Shown in pieces: positions 1-12,335 of a DNA stretch of 64,000 bases. The stretch lies in NCBI GenBank assembly GCA_964016885.1, contig OZ024745.1, positions 51,770,001 to 51,834,000 of the forward strand, written 5' to 3'. The notes under the pieces are model-generated. The model saw only the letters and a program-made list of their open reading frames with translations. It searched no databases and was not told where the DNA came from. Positions within the stretch are counted from its first letter, which is position 1, and each line of letters starts with the position of its first letter. Position numbers and translations under genes: made by a program. Source of the stretch: Eledone cirrhosa. Its lineage: Eukaryota.

Positions 1-399
1 ATATATATATATATATGTGTGTGTGTATGTGTGTGTGTTTGTATTAGTGTTCTTTCATGGCATGGAATTCTGACATATAATAAAGGAAACACAATATTTA
101 TATTTATTTATGTTTCCTTTAGGATACATGAATAAACAATCTCCATGTTAAATCCCTGGTCATTTTATATAGGCTTGTGCTAACACAAACCCATATTTCG
201 CAAACAAATGAGAATATGAATATATTTGTACAGCAAGGTAGTTTAACATGATATCAATCTTTCCCCCTCTTCTGCTCTTATACATCAACATTCGTTTTGC
301 TTTTATTTTCCCGTTTTCTATTGTTTCATGTATTTAATTTTGATACTTTTTGCTCTACCTTGTTCATTATTTCTCACATTTCTTCCGTTTTTCAAACTC

Positions 400-700
400 A
401 CTGCTTTCAAAATCAGCCAGTCTACAAAGATAGTGTGCTGTGACCCCTGTCGCGCATTGTTGCCAATCTCCTTCATCATTTACCGAAATCTTGTCATCTC
501 ATTCTTCATTTTACCAACGTTGACAGTTCCATCTAACACATATTTCTCCGAGTGATATGTGTTATGACTTTGGCGTTAACTAGGACTTCGAAACACACAC
601 AAATATTCATGCTAACACTTTGGAATGGTGTATTGCCGCCATTTAGTCTTCTGATATATGTTTCTTGCTGTCAGTAGATTTCTTCTCATTCTTTTTCACC
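400..700 (-). pseudogene. Highly degenerate N-terminal fragment of a Hydra-type PLE ORF
   Basis: Minus-strand translation across frameshifts gives ETYIRRL-WRQY...FRSP...EKYVLDGTVNVGKMKNEMTRFR*MMKEIG...TIFVD. This is collinear with FAKRLRWRTFF...GFITYKSP...FENDLFQLVKNIKFK...IMVHSDK of the intact ORF at 7927-10080. Confidence 0.4.
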
Positions 701-1715
701 CCCGCTCTTTCTTTTTCTTCGCCATTCTCTCTATATTTATTTCTAATTCAACAGCTCTCTTTCTCTAATATTCTCACTTTCTTTCTGCAATATTTCCCGG
801 GGTATATTTGTTTGTTTACGTTTTTTTCCCCCTATATCATTACTTTTATATTAGAAGTGCTGCTATGTCTATTTTTTCAGTTACTGTCGCTTATGTCCTT
901 GATGATGCCTTTTTTTTGTTGCCTTCACTATGGTTCTTCTTGTTCTAGTCATTGCAAATGCAGTTATTGCGGTTGATGTTTCTGTTTCTATATTTACTGC
1001 TGTCTTTGTTGTTATTTTCTTTTTGTCGTTTACCTACCTTAGTTTTTAACAGAAGAAACAGCGTGATATGAACTTTTTTTTACATTTTTCTCTCACTCTA
1101 TATTTCTAACGTTGTTGGTTATTTTATTTTATTCATCATATGTTTATTTTTTTATTTTGCATTTTCTGCTTCATTTTCTTTCGACGTCTTTTGATTAATG
1201 TTGCTATATTTTCCTTAATTTTATTTTCTTGTTTATCTTTATTTTTCTCCTCCTCAGTAAATATCGTTATTTATTTAATAGTACTTCACTAAATTGCTTT
1301 TGAAATGGTCTTATTTCCCTGAAGTAAACAAGATTAGAATGCAAACATTCGGAAATAGAAATATCGTATTAGGTGCCAAACGCAGTTAAAAAAGAATATT
1401 ATTTTGGTCTACGCAATTCTATACAGCATCGTAATTTAGATTGGTTAAAAGGAAAACAAATGATTGAATAAATACATTTTTAAAAATGCAAACAACACTA
1501 AGTAAAAATCATATATACACTGTTTTTGTGAGCTGTGCAGATGTGTACATTTCAAACTACATATCTATACAAGTTACATATATTTGAGATACATACGATA
1601 CAAATGTATTTATAATATATATGCATCGTAGATGCACAACTTACTCTAGATCTAATAAAACAAGCGACATACACTGTTTATATATATATATATTTTATTA
1701 GCGCCAAATAATGAG

Positions 1716-1765
1716 TCATGTTACTCTAGAGTCTCCCTTCCTTCTTACGGGGTCATCAGACAAGA
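1716..1765 (-). ncRNA. Degenerate minimal PLE-type hammerhead
   Basis: Minus strand reads tgt CTGATGA cccc...gg GAGA ctctagag TA aca. Loop III is palindromic, GAAA is mutated to GAGA, and the motif sits between TA tracts. Confidence 0.35.
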
Positions 1766-1767
1766 TG

Positions 1768-1823
<56 letters not shown>

Positions 1824-2454
1824 TATATATGGGGAGAATTTTATTATAAGGGATATTATTGGACTACAATGAAAATGCTATCTGGCGAAACTGGTAGTCA
1901 TAAGGATTTTGATTATATATTAATGGTCATGTACTCCTTCAATGGAAAATTATATGAAAAGAATATACCCGGGAAATGAGACAATGCAAAGGAAAAAAAA
2001 AAGAAAAAAAGTTATTATTCTGCTCACAATGCGAAAGAATAAATAAAAGTGCAAATAAGTGATTTGAAGCCTATAAAATATGCTTATATGAGTTACAACA
2101 ACAACGAACATTAATGCAGAAGCACAAACACACAGGACGGAGGGCCACATAAATCTTCCCTCCCTACGACACACACACACATATATACAGATATTACATT
2201 ATTTTACATAAAGAGACTTGAAAACCCCGACGTTTCTTGTTGCATCCTAATTTTAAACATACATCTTCTTCTTGTTCTTCTTCTTCTTACAATCTCTTTG
2301 TGTTCATTTAATTCTATTATAGTAGTAATATCTATCGTATTCTCTGCGATTTGCTTAGTGGTATGTACACTGTGATTGGCAATAAAACAGCACTAATCAT
2401 GGTACTTTGATGTATACACACAGAAACACACACACACACATATATATATATAAA

Positions 2455-2584
2455 TATAATAAATACAAAACACCAGATTGGTGCTTTTTTAACACGAATG
2501 ATGAGAGCAATATCTAGTAAAGTCTGTTTTTATATAAACACAGGCACACACACGCACACACATATATATATATACACACACACT

Positions 2585-2649
<65 letters not shown>

Positions 2650-2715
2650 CACTTTACTAGATATTGCTCTCATCATTGGTGTTAAAAAAAGCAAGCAACT
2701 GCTGTTTTGTATTTT
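2455..2715. repeat. Inverted repeat arms (~70 bp) flanking a (CA)n/(TA)n tract
   Basis: aacacgaatgatgagagcaatatctagtaaagt (~2491-2523) is the near reverse complement of actttactagatattgctctcatcattggtgtt (~2651-2683). Confidence 0.75.
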
Positions 2716-3840
2716 CTATATTTATTCGATATATTAACTAAAAGCTTGTGTAATGGAAAGGTTGTGCGAGAGAAGGCGGCAAATTTATGTCACAATATTC
2801 TACTTTAGGAAGCTTATCAGGTCGAAAGGATCTGGGTCAGATCAAAACATTTTTTTGGTACTTGAGTTTATGTTAACACCACGATAAATCAACGATAACA
2901 AAAACGAAGACTGCTCGGGGTGATGTTCTATTAATTGGTGTTGTCGGCATTAGTCCTGTTGTTTTCCGTGTTGCAGCTTCTACCTCTCTATTTTCGCGCA
3001 CATCTCTACATATTCAGGAACCAATCCTTGAGATCATTGATATTGCTACATCTGTGACATGAAATCATTCTCTTCACCTCATCACGAACAGTTTGGTGTC
3101 AGTAGGCAGGTTAATGGTTGGGAATGGGTTCCAAACTCTCTTGCTCTATTTGAATCAAGATCGCCTTCCTCTTGCTTGATCATGTGTGTTTACTCCTCTT
3201 CAGAGCGGGGAATATCAGATTTGACTTCTTTTTCGACCATAGAAGCCGAAACCAGTCAGCAGTTATTTTTATACGGGGAAATGTTTGAGGTTGTTTTTAA
3301 ATTTATGTATTTTCCCCAGGCCTGGTCCTATTTCGATTTGCTCCCTTGTTACTTTCTAGATTTTAGGGCTTGGAATCTTTGCTTTTGTATGTTCTGATAT
3401 TTATCTGTTCTGGAGAAATTGCATCAGTACACAGCGTGACATGGTTAAGTCAAATCTTGCTACAAGATGCATCGCAAAGACAAAATATTCTGGGTTTATA
3501 TGGAACGTGACTACTGTATCTGTCGCTCTGACCACTTTGTTTGTCATCGTTTTTGTTAGAGATTTAGCGCATTCCAATGTGGAATATGGTGGCAGTGTTT
3601 TCAAGCTGATTCCCTAGTGTTAGTGATTGTGAAGTTATTTGTTGTGAAGTTACTAGCCGGGATGTTGGTAGTGGTTTTGATTTCAATTCTGTTTATATGG
3701 TTGATGTTATTTTAGTTCTAATTTTGATTCATCTATTATCGTGGCTACGTAATAAATTCAACGTAAAATTTTCTTGCTTCAACTAATAACATTTCTTCAG
3801 CTGGATCGAGTTAAACATGCCTCGTATACTACGTTTTCTT
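2650..3840 (-). mobile_element. Very degenerate 5'-truncated PLE relic
   Basis: Minus-strand remnant SEEE*THMIKQEEGDLDSNRAREFGTH resembles the CSEETLQMLF...LLNKKDELVTACKH C-terminus of the intact ORF. It is bounded by TA tracts. Confidence 0.3.
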
Positions 3841-3850
3841 GGTTATCAAA

Positions 3851-3894
<44 letters not shown>

Positions 3895-5426
3895 GTGTGT
3901 GTATGTATATATATATATATATGGATATATATATATATATATATATAATGTGTGTGTATATATATATATATATATTTATATGTGTGTGCGTGTGTGTGTA
4001 TGTATGTGTGTGTGTGTATGTACGTATGCATGTGTATATGGTCTGATCATAATTTTCACATTTATCATTGAAATATATAATGTAGTTTATAGCATATATA
4101 AAGCTGTATTGCTACGTGAAATTAGTCTGCTATGGGGTTAAATTTACCACTTATTACGAAAATAGGATCAGTTATGTTTCGATATATTTCACAAATACAC
4201 ATGTGCATAGTAAACTTCACATATCTCTTCGAAAAATATTATGTCATGATTTCATAAACATAGATAAATACATTTAAATTCAATATTAATTTAATCAGAC
4301 GTTGAAGTATCTCCTCTGTTGAAATGTTTTCCATAATGAAAGATAGATGTTGTTCATTTCAACGTGACATGGATATTTATGAAATTAACGTATATATTTC
4401 TTAATTCTCTTTTCCATCTTTTTTTTGTTTTTTATTCGATACATTTTGTTTAAGATGACCGATTTTAAGTGATTGTTAAGAGATGATTGTTTGAAATAAA
4501 ATGTTTTAATAACCTCAGATATTTTTGCAGATTTATACACCAACAAATGCAGGATCATTTTCAACCATAGTACGGCATATCTGTAATGAAATTTTGTAAA
4601 CATTCCTTCGAAGTAAAATAAAATGATAATTCCGATTTTTCTGCAATCACTCTCTTATATTTTATAGTGAAGAATAATTCATTGTTTTAATGATTTTGTC
4701 AAGTGAGAAATTAAACTATATTAACTCCCCATAAACACGTGAATATAATAAATACATATACTGAGAAACATATATATATTTATAGACACCCATATACATA
4801 TAAACTGTATATAATATTGAGAAATAATATATATTGTATTTGCACATATAATAATAAATATTGTCTATACATATGTATATATTGAGGAATAACATATTTC
4901 TACTGAGCTCACTGAGATTGCGAGTATATGTATATAATTAGATACACTGATATACAGACATGCAAACATATATTTCTATATAGACTGAAAAAAGATGAAT
5001 TTTTATTTTCAATTTCAGACACTTATTGGTGTCTTACCAAATAATACAATCATTAAGTTCACTGCAGTTTCGTTGGGCTTATTCGCGCCAGTCACCAATT
5101 TGGTTCTTTATCAAATCCACGAAGACTAAGCATATTTCAGAGGCGGCCTTTACTCAACCCCGTTATAGCTACGTTACCGGACTCTAGCGTTTTCGTGGAA
5201 GCTACAGTTGTGAACCATTGCCTAATTTCCCCTAGTATTTTATCGATGTTGGTCCCCGGTTGCTTATTCGTTCGGCAGCTGCCCGCTTATGTCGCAACTA
5301 ACCTTCATATAGGGTGGCTGTATCGCTATCAACCACTTGCAACCCATTTTCTAGCAGAAGAGTTCTGTCGATGTTAAAAAAAATATGGAATGCTTCAGAA
5401 ATTTGCTTCAGAAATTTGCGTGCCTC

Positions 5427-5506
<80 letters not shown>

Positions 5507-5510
<4 letters not shown>

Positions 5511-5722
5511 GATATTAATAAATGGAAACTATATTTATAAAACCATATTTATTTCATTATATATATTTCAAGGATACCAAGTTACATTATGGTATGCCTT
5601 CATCAGACAAAATACAATATATAACAGTTTTATAAATAGACATTGACGTACCCTTTTAAAATATATATAATGAAATAAATATGGTTTTATAAATATAGTT
5701 TCCACTTATTAATATCGTATAT
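5507..5722. mobile_element. Fold-back PLE terminal remnant (inverted arms ~65 bp) containing a minimal hammerhead
   Basis: gatattaataaatggaaactatatttataaaaccatatttatttcattatatata (from 5510) is mirrored at ~5660-5718. Another fragment of the same end lies at ~39655-39700. Confidence 0.7.
5551..5613 (-). ncRNA. Minimal type I hammerhead ribozyme (PLE dimer type)
   Basis: Minus strand reads attttgt CTGATGA aggcatacca-loop-tggtatcctt GAAA tatata TA atgaaat. The core is canonical, loop III is palindromic and the cleavage triplet is AUA. Confidence 0.6.
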
Positions 5723-5834
5723 CTACTCCAAATATTTGTCGAGTGCTTTATATCAGTTATAAAAATATTTGCTTGTTGTATCCCAACAATTTAAATAGAA
5801 CTTTTGCATATATATATATATATATATATATACA

Positions 5835-6375
5835 GTATTTTCCGTTGTGTTGTAATATAAATATTACACACAGTAGATTATCAGCTCACGTAGAGTTTGC
5901 TCGACGGTTCCAGTTGTAGTTCCAAAAGTAATCCGGAGAAAAATAGAAAGATTTGAATGGATACAGTTTAGTTGAAAGGAATTTATTGACACGTGTTTCT
6001 ATAACAGTTACATAACCTAAAACAGCTGCTATCTACAAACTTTTAGTTATGCAGACATTCAATATTTCAATGTTATTATTTACTGTCATTTCATCAGAAT
6101 AATATTACTGAGGACCTATTTAGTTTTTATAGAGAATATTAGGAGGGAGGGGTGAAGTTGTTAGAAGAATAGTTGAAGGAGTGGTTTTTCGATAGCAGTG
6201 AGAATTCTTGGTGGCAGTGAGTAATTAGATTCCCATCTGTTGTTTTGACATTTTTTATAGAATATATTATTGGTTATTTTTCTAAATCTATAGAAGGATT
6301 AGAGATAGTAAAGATATGCGTGGTTGGTTTTGTGTTTGCACTTAATTAACATTCAGACTTAAATTTTTCTTTCAA
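5835..6375 (-). mobile_element. 3' end relic of a Hydra-type PLE with decayed hammerhead (~6048-6100)
   Basis: Minus-strand LIKCKHKTNHAYLYYL* matches the C-terminal CxH motif. Downstream lies CTGATGA aatg..catt GAAA tattgaatg TC, with poor stem I. Confidence 0.5.
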
Positions 6376-6668
6376 GTGTACGTATCCTTTCACCCACGCA
6401 TTCACACACAAATATATTTGCACACCTCTACAAAATACATATACTCACAATTCACATATTTATACTTACATATATATACACATGCATACACATATATATA
6501 CACACATGTATTCATGTACATACATACGCGCTCATGTGTATACATTTTCATACTCAACTTATCTTTATATACACACGTATAGACACACACATATATACAT
6601 ACATACTCTAGTCCATGTGTACACACATACACACACATACACATCTATATACACATATATACATACAC

Positions 6669-6701
<33 letters not shown>

Positions 6702-6711
6702 CATATATATA
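6376..6711. repeat. (TA)/(CA) low-complexity tract, target of the PLE insertion
   Basis: Direct reading of the sequence. Confidence 0.9.
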
Positions 6712-6713
6712 TA

Positions 6714-6825
6714 GGAACCAGTAAGACCCCGACAGCTGAGCTCAAGCCGTTTCGACGGCTAATTCTGGACTAAATGAAAATTTATCCTGGTATTTAAATA
6801 GCCGATCTTCTCAAGGGGTAATTCC
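6714..6825 (-). ncRNA. Type I hammerhead ribozyme, U3-A8 core variant (3' pLTR copy)
   Basis: Sense strand: ggaat t acccc UUGAGAA ga(u)cggcua...uagccguc GAAA cggc u ugagcuca gcug UC / ggggu cuuacugg uucc. Stems I-III all pair. GUC cleavage is predicted between 6731 and 6730. Confidence 0.8.
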
Positions 6826-7926
6826 ATATATGGTCAAAGTGATTGTCAAAAATCAGTAGTAATTCTGTGGTTGCAAATTAGTAGGGGAGATGGTGGCTAA
6901 ACCTGCCAGTAGGAGAAAGAGGGGAGGGGGTGGAGTAGACCCAATCAAGCGTTGGTAGTGCCAGCTACAGCTGGGCATGAGGTCAAAGAAGATACAGGGG
7001 AGGGGGAGGGGGAGGAAGTCGGAACGGTAGGTAGAGCAATGGGGGGTAGAAATAGGAAAGAAAAAATACTGAGAGTGAAGAAAAGCAAATAAGTGTAAAG
7101 AAAAAAGTAAAGTAAATTAAATTCTACGACCTAGGTGTCAGGCTATTGTTAGGCGAGAATAAAATAAATAAAGAAAGAAAGAAGTAAATAAATAAATAAA
7201 TAAATAAATAAGGAAATAAGTAAAAGAACTAGGTGGGACGAAATAGGCAAGGACCCTTTTAAGAGGTATAAGTACGTAAATGATACGGTGACGGGTCAAC
7301 AAAAGGGGCCAAAATACTAAAGAGACTACCACGAAATAAACAATAAAGGTTTCCATCCCGGGCCAGCAACGGCCCAGTGCAGCAAAGTGAACTTGTACGA
7401 GATAATAATTCTGAGTCCCGAGAAAAATATATACTAATGCTAACTCTAAAAGATCTAAAACAAGCTACATGAAAGTTCGTACGAAATAAAGGTAGAATAC
7501 GGAGAAATAAATTCAGAATCCACCCCGCCCAGAAGAAAAGCGAAGCAAGAAATACTGAAACGAAAAAATAAGGCATAAGTGCCACTAAAAAATATAGAGA
7601 GCACAGATAATAGTGGGAGCGGTCGGAAAAAGGGGGCAAGTATCCGGGGTCTAAGCCAACTGCTATAAAGGGCGGAGTCCGCCAAATCTATCAAAGACTA
7701 GGGGAGGGGGGGTGGGGGTACTAAGGCTACATGGGGCCAAAGGGCAGCCTCGGGTGGGCGAGAAAAGACGCCGACAAAGGAGAAGAGCTGGAGTAGAAGG
7801 ACAAAGGAGAGAGGGGGGAAGGAAATAAAGGAAGCGATAAAAGAATACAAAGAAGATCTTACGTCTTCCTTGGCAAGCAGGGGTTACCCATTGCAAAATC
7901 GGCAACTGGGGTGTTATAGCCCTAGT

Positions 7927-10080
7927 CTACCCCCCCGGGTCATTATGGGGTTTGAGGGCGAGGTAAGTCCTACGCAATCTATGTTTACATGCAGTAACCA
8001 GTTCATCTTTCTTGTTTAGGAGTTGGTCCGTCGAAAACAGCATTTGTAAAGTTTCCTCCGAGCATAAATTGCACGGACGGCGTCCTCCCGTGTAAGAATT
8101 GGCTCTGGACAGTAATCTCCAAGTGAGATCATAGGTGATGTTGTTGTCCTTGAGGTCCCATATGTGGCCCGAAAGTGTAGTGGCGTGACGCCGGGCCGGG
8201 TTTCGGAAGGTATGTCTATGTTGGTATAGCCGGGTCTTGAAGTCACATGCGGTAAGTCCTATATAGGCTTTGTTGGAGGTATCCGTCCTCACGTTGCACT
8301 GGTAGATCACATTACGGTCTCTGCATCTATTGTCGAGTGGGCAAATAGATCTATCCGGGCAGTTACACCTCCTGGTCGGTTCTCCACTGCTATTTAGGTT
8401 ATTTCTGCCATCGGGGTTGAGTTTTTTGTTGTTAGAGGAGACGATGTTTTGTGCGAAGTTTGGTGTAGTGCTGTAAGAGAGTTTGATGGTATTTTTGTTA
8501 ATTATGTTGTGGTAGCGGTGTTGTAATGGGAAGTGTTTTTCAATGAGCCTAAAGAATAGTTTCCCGATGGGAGTAGTCACCTCTGCGTTGTGGGGAGGAT
8601 TGAACCATGTTACATTGCGTGAGCGGCGGTGTCTCCTGCTGGTTCCGCTAATGGGAGCTGGACAGTAGGATATTTCCTCCCGGAAACCACTCCGCTTGAG
8701 GGCCTGGTTGTAATAAGGCGCATGTTCATCGAATATCCGCTCATTAGCTGACAAACGGGATATGCGGAGGGAGATGTTTTTGACCAGGTTGTTTGTGATG
8801 TTCCTAGGATGGTTTGATCGGCGGTGGATGTAGTGCAGATTGTCATTAGGTTTCCTGTATGGGTAGTACAGGTCGTTTTCGAGGTCGAGGGTTACGTCCA
8901 GGAAGTTTACTCGGGTCAGGGACGTTTGTAGGGTTATTTTAAATCCCCAGTCGCGGAAGAATCTGATTAATTGTTTCCGGACCCGATCTGTACTACTGGG
9001 GTTGTACCCTTTAAGGGTAAGGAGCCCATCATCACGGTACAATCCACCACCGAATGCAGGAAACATATCAGTGAGTTTGGCTATTAGGAATAATCCTATA
9101 AGATCAGTGACCTCCGCCGAATCCGTGGCGCCCATGCTGACGTCGAAGGGTGAGTCGGGAGCTCTTTTTATCCATTTAGAGTCGTCAAAGAGTAAGACTG
9201 TCTTCCTGGCGTGGAGGATGATTTTTCTTTCCTGGTCGGTGATGGGCACGAGTGTTTCGGCGAAGTCCAAGGCGGCAGTAAGTAGCGGTAAGGTAATTGA
9301 AGCATAGTAGCTCTCTATGTCGAACTGTATGAATTTAGTTTCTCGTTTATCCTCCATATTGCTGAACCAGGAGATTACTTCCTGGGTGTTGATCCATAGG
9401 CTAAGTCGGGTGTGTTGCTTGACTTTTGGTATCACGCGGTCTAGCATTTTTTTGCTGATTCTCCCTATGTCGGACTTCGTTGGGTTAATAAGCCTGATGG
9501 AGGGTTTACGGTCAAAATCGGATTTATGGTCCTTCAGTGTGAAGTATGGTGTCCGTGGGTCTAGAGGTTCCGTGCGGTCGGCGACCCTGAGGCTGGAGGT
9601 GATTTGTTGTCCATCTCGATTTATGTCCTCGATGCAAGAGTGGTTGGCCTTTTTATAGGTGGAGTTTAGGCTGCTCCTGATCAGTGTGTGGTATCTGTCA
9701 GGGTTGACAAAGTATAGGTTCCCAATTTTATCCGAATGCACCATGATGTCATTTGTGTTATCATACTCTGTTAAGTTGCTACGGAGTTTTTGTAGGAATC
9801 GGTTATGTCTGGGTTTAAATTTAATGTTCTTGACCAGTTGGAAGAGGTCATTCTCGAAGGGTGCGAGCAAGGGGTTCAGTGGCGGAGATTTGTAGGTAAT
9901 AAATCCGAATCTCTCCTTGGTTCCGAAGTCTTGGTTGTCGCGATATCTGTCATAGAAAAAAGTTCTCCATCTAAGTCTTTTCGCAAATAGATCAATTTTT
10001 TGCGTGAGCATCCGAAGGTAAAGTTTTTTCGGTGGGATTGGGATGTTCTTGGTAGAGAAGTCAATGTTGTGTTTTCGCAT
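7927..10080 (-). CDS. PLE polyprotein: reverse transcriptase + CxC linker + C-terminal GIY-YIG endonuclease (717 aa)
   Basis: Uninterrupted ORF, open from a TTG at 10227. The likely ATG is at 10080 in context cgcaccATG. RT motifs: FDIESYYASI, MGATDSAEVTDL, GLYRDDGL, VNFLDV, YIHRRSNHP. Further motifs: WFNPP, linker CNCxxxxxCxxxxxC, VIYQ...YIG..FKTRLYQH, CNLCSEE, terminal CKH. Confidence 0.93.
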   Translation of the reverse strand: MRKHNIDFSTKNIPIPPKKLYLRMLTQKIDLFAKRLRWRTFFYDRYRDNQDFGTKERFGFITYKSPPLNPLLAPFENDLFQLVKNIKFKPRHNRFLQKLRSNLTEYDNTNDIMVHSDKIGNLYFVNPDRYHTLIRSSLNSTYKKANHSCIEDINRDGQQITSSLRVADRTEPLDPRTPYFTLKDHKSDFDRKPSIRLINPTKSDIGRISKKMLDRVIPKVKQHTRLSLWINTQEVISWFSNMEDKRETKFIQFDIESYYASITLPLLTAALDFAETLVPITDQERKIILHARKTVLLFDDSKWIKRAPDSPFDVSMGATDSAEVTDLIGLFLIAKLTDMFPAFGGGLYRDDGLLTLKGYNPSSTDRVRKQLIRFFRDWGFKITLQTSLTRVNFLDVTLDLENDLYYPYRKPNDNLHYIHRRSNHPRNITNNLVKNISLRISRLSANERIFDEHAPYYNQALKRSGFREEISYCPAPISGTSRRHRRSRNVTWFNPPHNAEVTTPIGKLFFRLIEKHFPLQHRYHNIINKNTIKLSYSTTPNFAQNIVSSNNKKLNPDGRNNLNSSGEPTRRCNCPDRSICPLDNRCRDRNVIYQCNVRTDTSNKAYIGLTACDFKTRLYQHRHTFRNPARRHATTLSGHIWDLKDNNITYDLTWRLLSRANSYTGGRRPCNLCSEETLQMLFSTDQLLNKKDELVTACKHRLRRTYLALKPHNDPGG

Positions 10081-10253
10081 GGTGCGGGTGAAATGAATTG
10101 AGCTTAGCGGAAAAGTCTGGATACGGCGTGGTAGGGTCGGAAAGTGCTCTACTACGGGAGTAGGAGCTAGATAACGAAGGAAATGTGGTAAGGAACCAGG
10201 TGGACCATAACGCACCAAAGTACTCAATACTTGAGGTAGTAGAGTGGGTAATA

Positions 10254-10365
10254 GGAACCAGTAAGACCCCGACAGCTGAGCTCAAGCCGTTTCGACGGCT
10301 AATTCTGGACTAAATGAAAATTTATCCTGGTATTTAAATAGCCGATCTTCTCAAGGGGTAATTCC
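10254..10365 (-). ncRNA. Type I hammerhead ribozyme, U3-A8 core variant (5' tandem pLTR copy)
   Basis: Identical to the 6714-6825 copy. Predicted cleavage at 10271/10270, 190 nt upstream of the ATG. Confidence 0.8.
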
Positions 10366-11460
10366 ATATATGGTCAAAGTGATTGTCAAAAATCAGTAGT
10401 AATTCTGTGGTTGCAAATTAGTAGGGGAGATGGTGGCTAAACCTGCCAGTAGGAGAAAGAGGGGAGGGGGTGGAGTAGACCCAATCAAGCGTTGGTAGTG
10501 CCAGCTACAGCTGGGCATGAGGTCAAAGAAGATACAGGGGAGGGGGAGGGGGAGGAAGTCGGAACGGTAGGTAGAGCAATGGGGGGTAGAAATAGGAAAG
10601 AAAAAATACTGAGAGTGAAGAAAAGCAAATAAGTGTAAAGAAAAAAGTAAAGTAAATTAAATTCTACGACCTAGGTGTCAGGCTATTGTTAGGCGAGAAT
10701 AAAATAAATAAAGAAAGAAAGAAGTAAATAAATAAATAAATAAATAAATAAGGAAATAAGTAAAAGAACTAGGTGGGACGAAATAGGCAAGGACCCTTTT
10801 AAGAGGTATAAGTACGTAAATGATACGGTGACGGGTCAACAAAAGGGGCCAAAATACTAAAGAGACTACCACGAAATAAACAATAAAGGTTTCCATCCCG
10901 GGCCAGCAACGGCCCAGTGCAGCAAAGTGAACTTGTACGAGATAATAATTCTGAGTCCCGAGAAAAATATATACTAATGCTAACTCTAAAAGATCTAAAA
11001 CAAGCTACATGAAAGTTCGTACGAAATAAAGGTAGAATACGGAGAAATAAATTCAGAATCCACCCCGCCCAGAAGAAAAGCGAAGCAAGAAATACTGAAA
11101 CGAAAAAATAAGGCATAAGTGCCACTAAGAAATATAGAGGGCACAGAGAATAGTGGGAGCGGTCGGAAAAAGGGGGCAAGTATCCGGGGTCTAAGCCAAC
11201 TGCTATAAAGGGCGGAGTCCGCCAAATCTATCAAAGACTAGGGGAGGGGGGGTGGGGGTACTAAGGCTACATGGGGCCAAAGGGCAGCCTCGGGTGGGCG
11301 AGAAAAGACGCCGACAAAGGAGAAGAGCTGGGGTAGAAGGACAAAGGAGAGAGGGGGAAGGAAATAAAGGAAGCGATAAAAGAATACAAAGAAGATCTTA
11401 CGTCTTCCTTGGCAAGCAGGGGTTACCCATTGCAAAATCGGCAACTGGGGTGTTATAGCC

Positions 11461-11884
11461 CTAGTCTACCCCCACCGGGTCATTATGGGGTTTGAGGGCG
11501 AGGTAAGTCCTACGCAATCTATGTTTACATGCAGTAACCAGTTCATCTTTCTTGTTTAGGAGTTGGTCCGTCGAAAACAGCATTTGTAAAGTTTCCTCCG
11601 AGCATAAATTGCACGGACGGCGTCCTCCCGTGTAAGAATTGGCTCTGGACAGTAATCTCCAAGTGAGATCATAGGTGATGTTGTTGTCCTTGAGGTCCCA
11701 TATGTGGCCCGAAAGTGTAGTGGCGTGACGCCGGGCCGGGTTTCGGAAGGTATGTCTATGTTGGTATAGCCGGGTCTTGAAGTCACATGCGGTAAGTCCT
11801 ATATAGGCTTTGTTGGAGGTATCCGTCCTCACGTTGCACTGGTAGATCACATTACGGTCTCTGCATCTATTGTCGAGTGGGCAA
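11461..11884 (-). pseudogene. Duplicated 3' end of the PLE ORF (GIY-YIG part) inside the tandem pLTR
   Basis: Copy of 7921-8344. A 1-nt insertion changes the C-terminus from DPGG* to DPVGVD*. Confidence 0.9.
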
Positions 11885-12335
11885 CGTACTTATGCCTCTT
11901 AAAAGGGTCCTTGCCTATTTCGTCCCACCTAGTTCTTTTACTTATTTCCTTATTTATTTATTTATTTATTTATTTACTTCTTTCTTTCTTTATTTATTTT
12001 ATTCTCGCCTAACAATAGCCTGACACCTAGGTCGTAGAATTTAATTTACTTTACTTTTTTCTTTACACTTATTTGCTTTTCTTCACTCTCAGTATTTTTT
12101 CTTTCCTATTTCTACCCCCCATTGCTCTACCTACCGTTCCGACTTCCTCCCCCTCCCCCTCCCCTGTATCTTCTTTGACCTCATGCCCAGCTGTAGCTGG
12201 CACTACCAACGCTTGATTGGGTCTACTCCACCCCCTCCCCTCTTTCTCCTACTGGCAGGTTTAGCCACCATCTCCCCTACTAATTTGCAACCACAGAATT
12301 ACTACTGATTTTTGACAATCACTTTGACCATATAT

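Noticed and set aside
6741-6761. Palindrome agccgtttcgacggct recurring in several places, resembling a CRISPR repeat or terminator
   Set aside because: It is the stem II/GAAA/stem III junction of the hammerhead in dispersed PLE copies. There are no spacers and the context is eukaryotic.
7138-7905. Small hydrophobic ORFs in the PLE 3' UTR (duplicated at 10678-11458)
   Set aside because: They arise from T-rich composition. They have no recognisable motifs, and one is frameshifted between the two copies.
10081-10227. 49-aa N-terminal extension of the PLE ORF from a TTG start
   Set aside because: Homology with the 38204 paralog begins at the ATG at 10080, which has a good Kozak context.
11121-11900. 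Several A/G differences between pLTR copies as a possible ADAR footprint
   Set aside because: Too few sites, and they fall on inconsistent strands relative to the element's sense.
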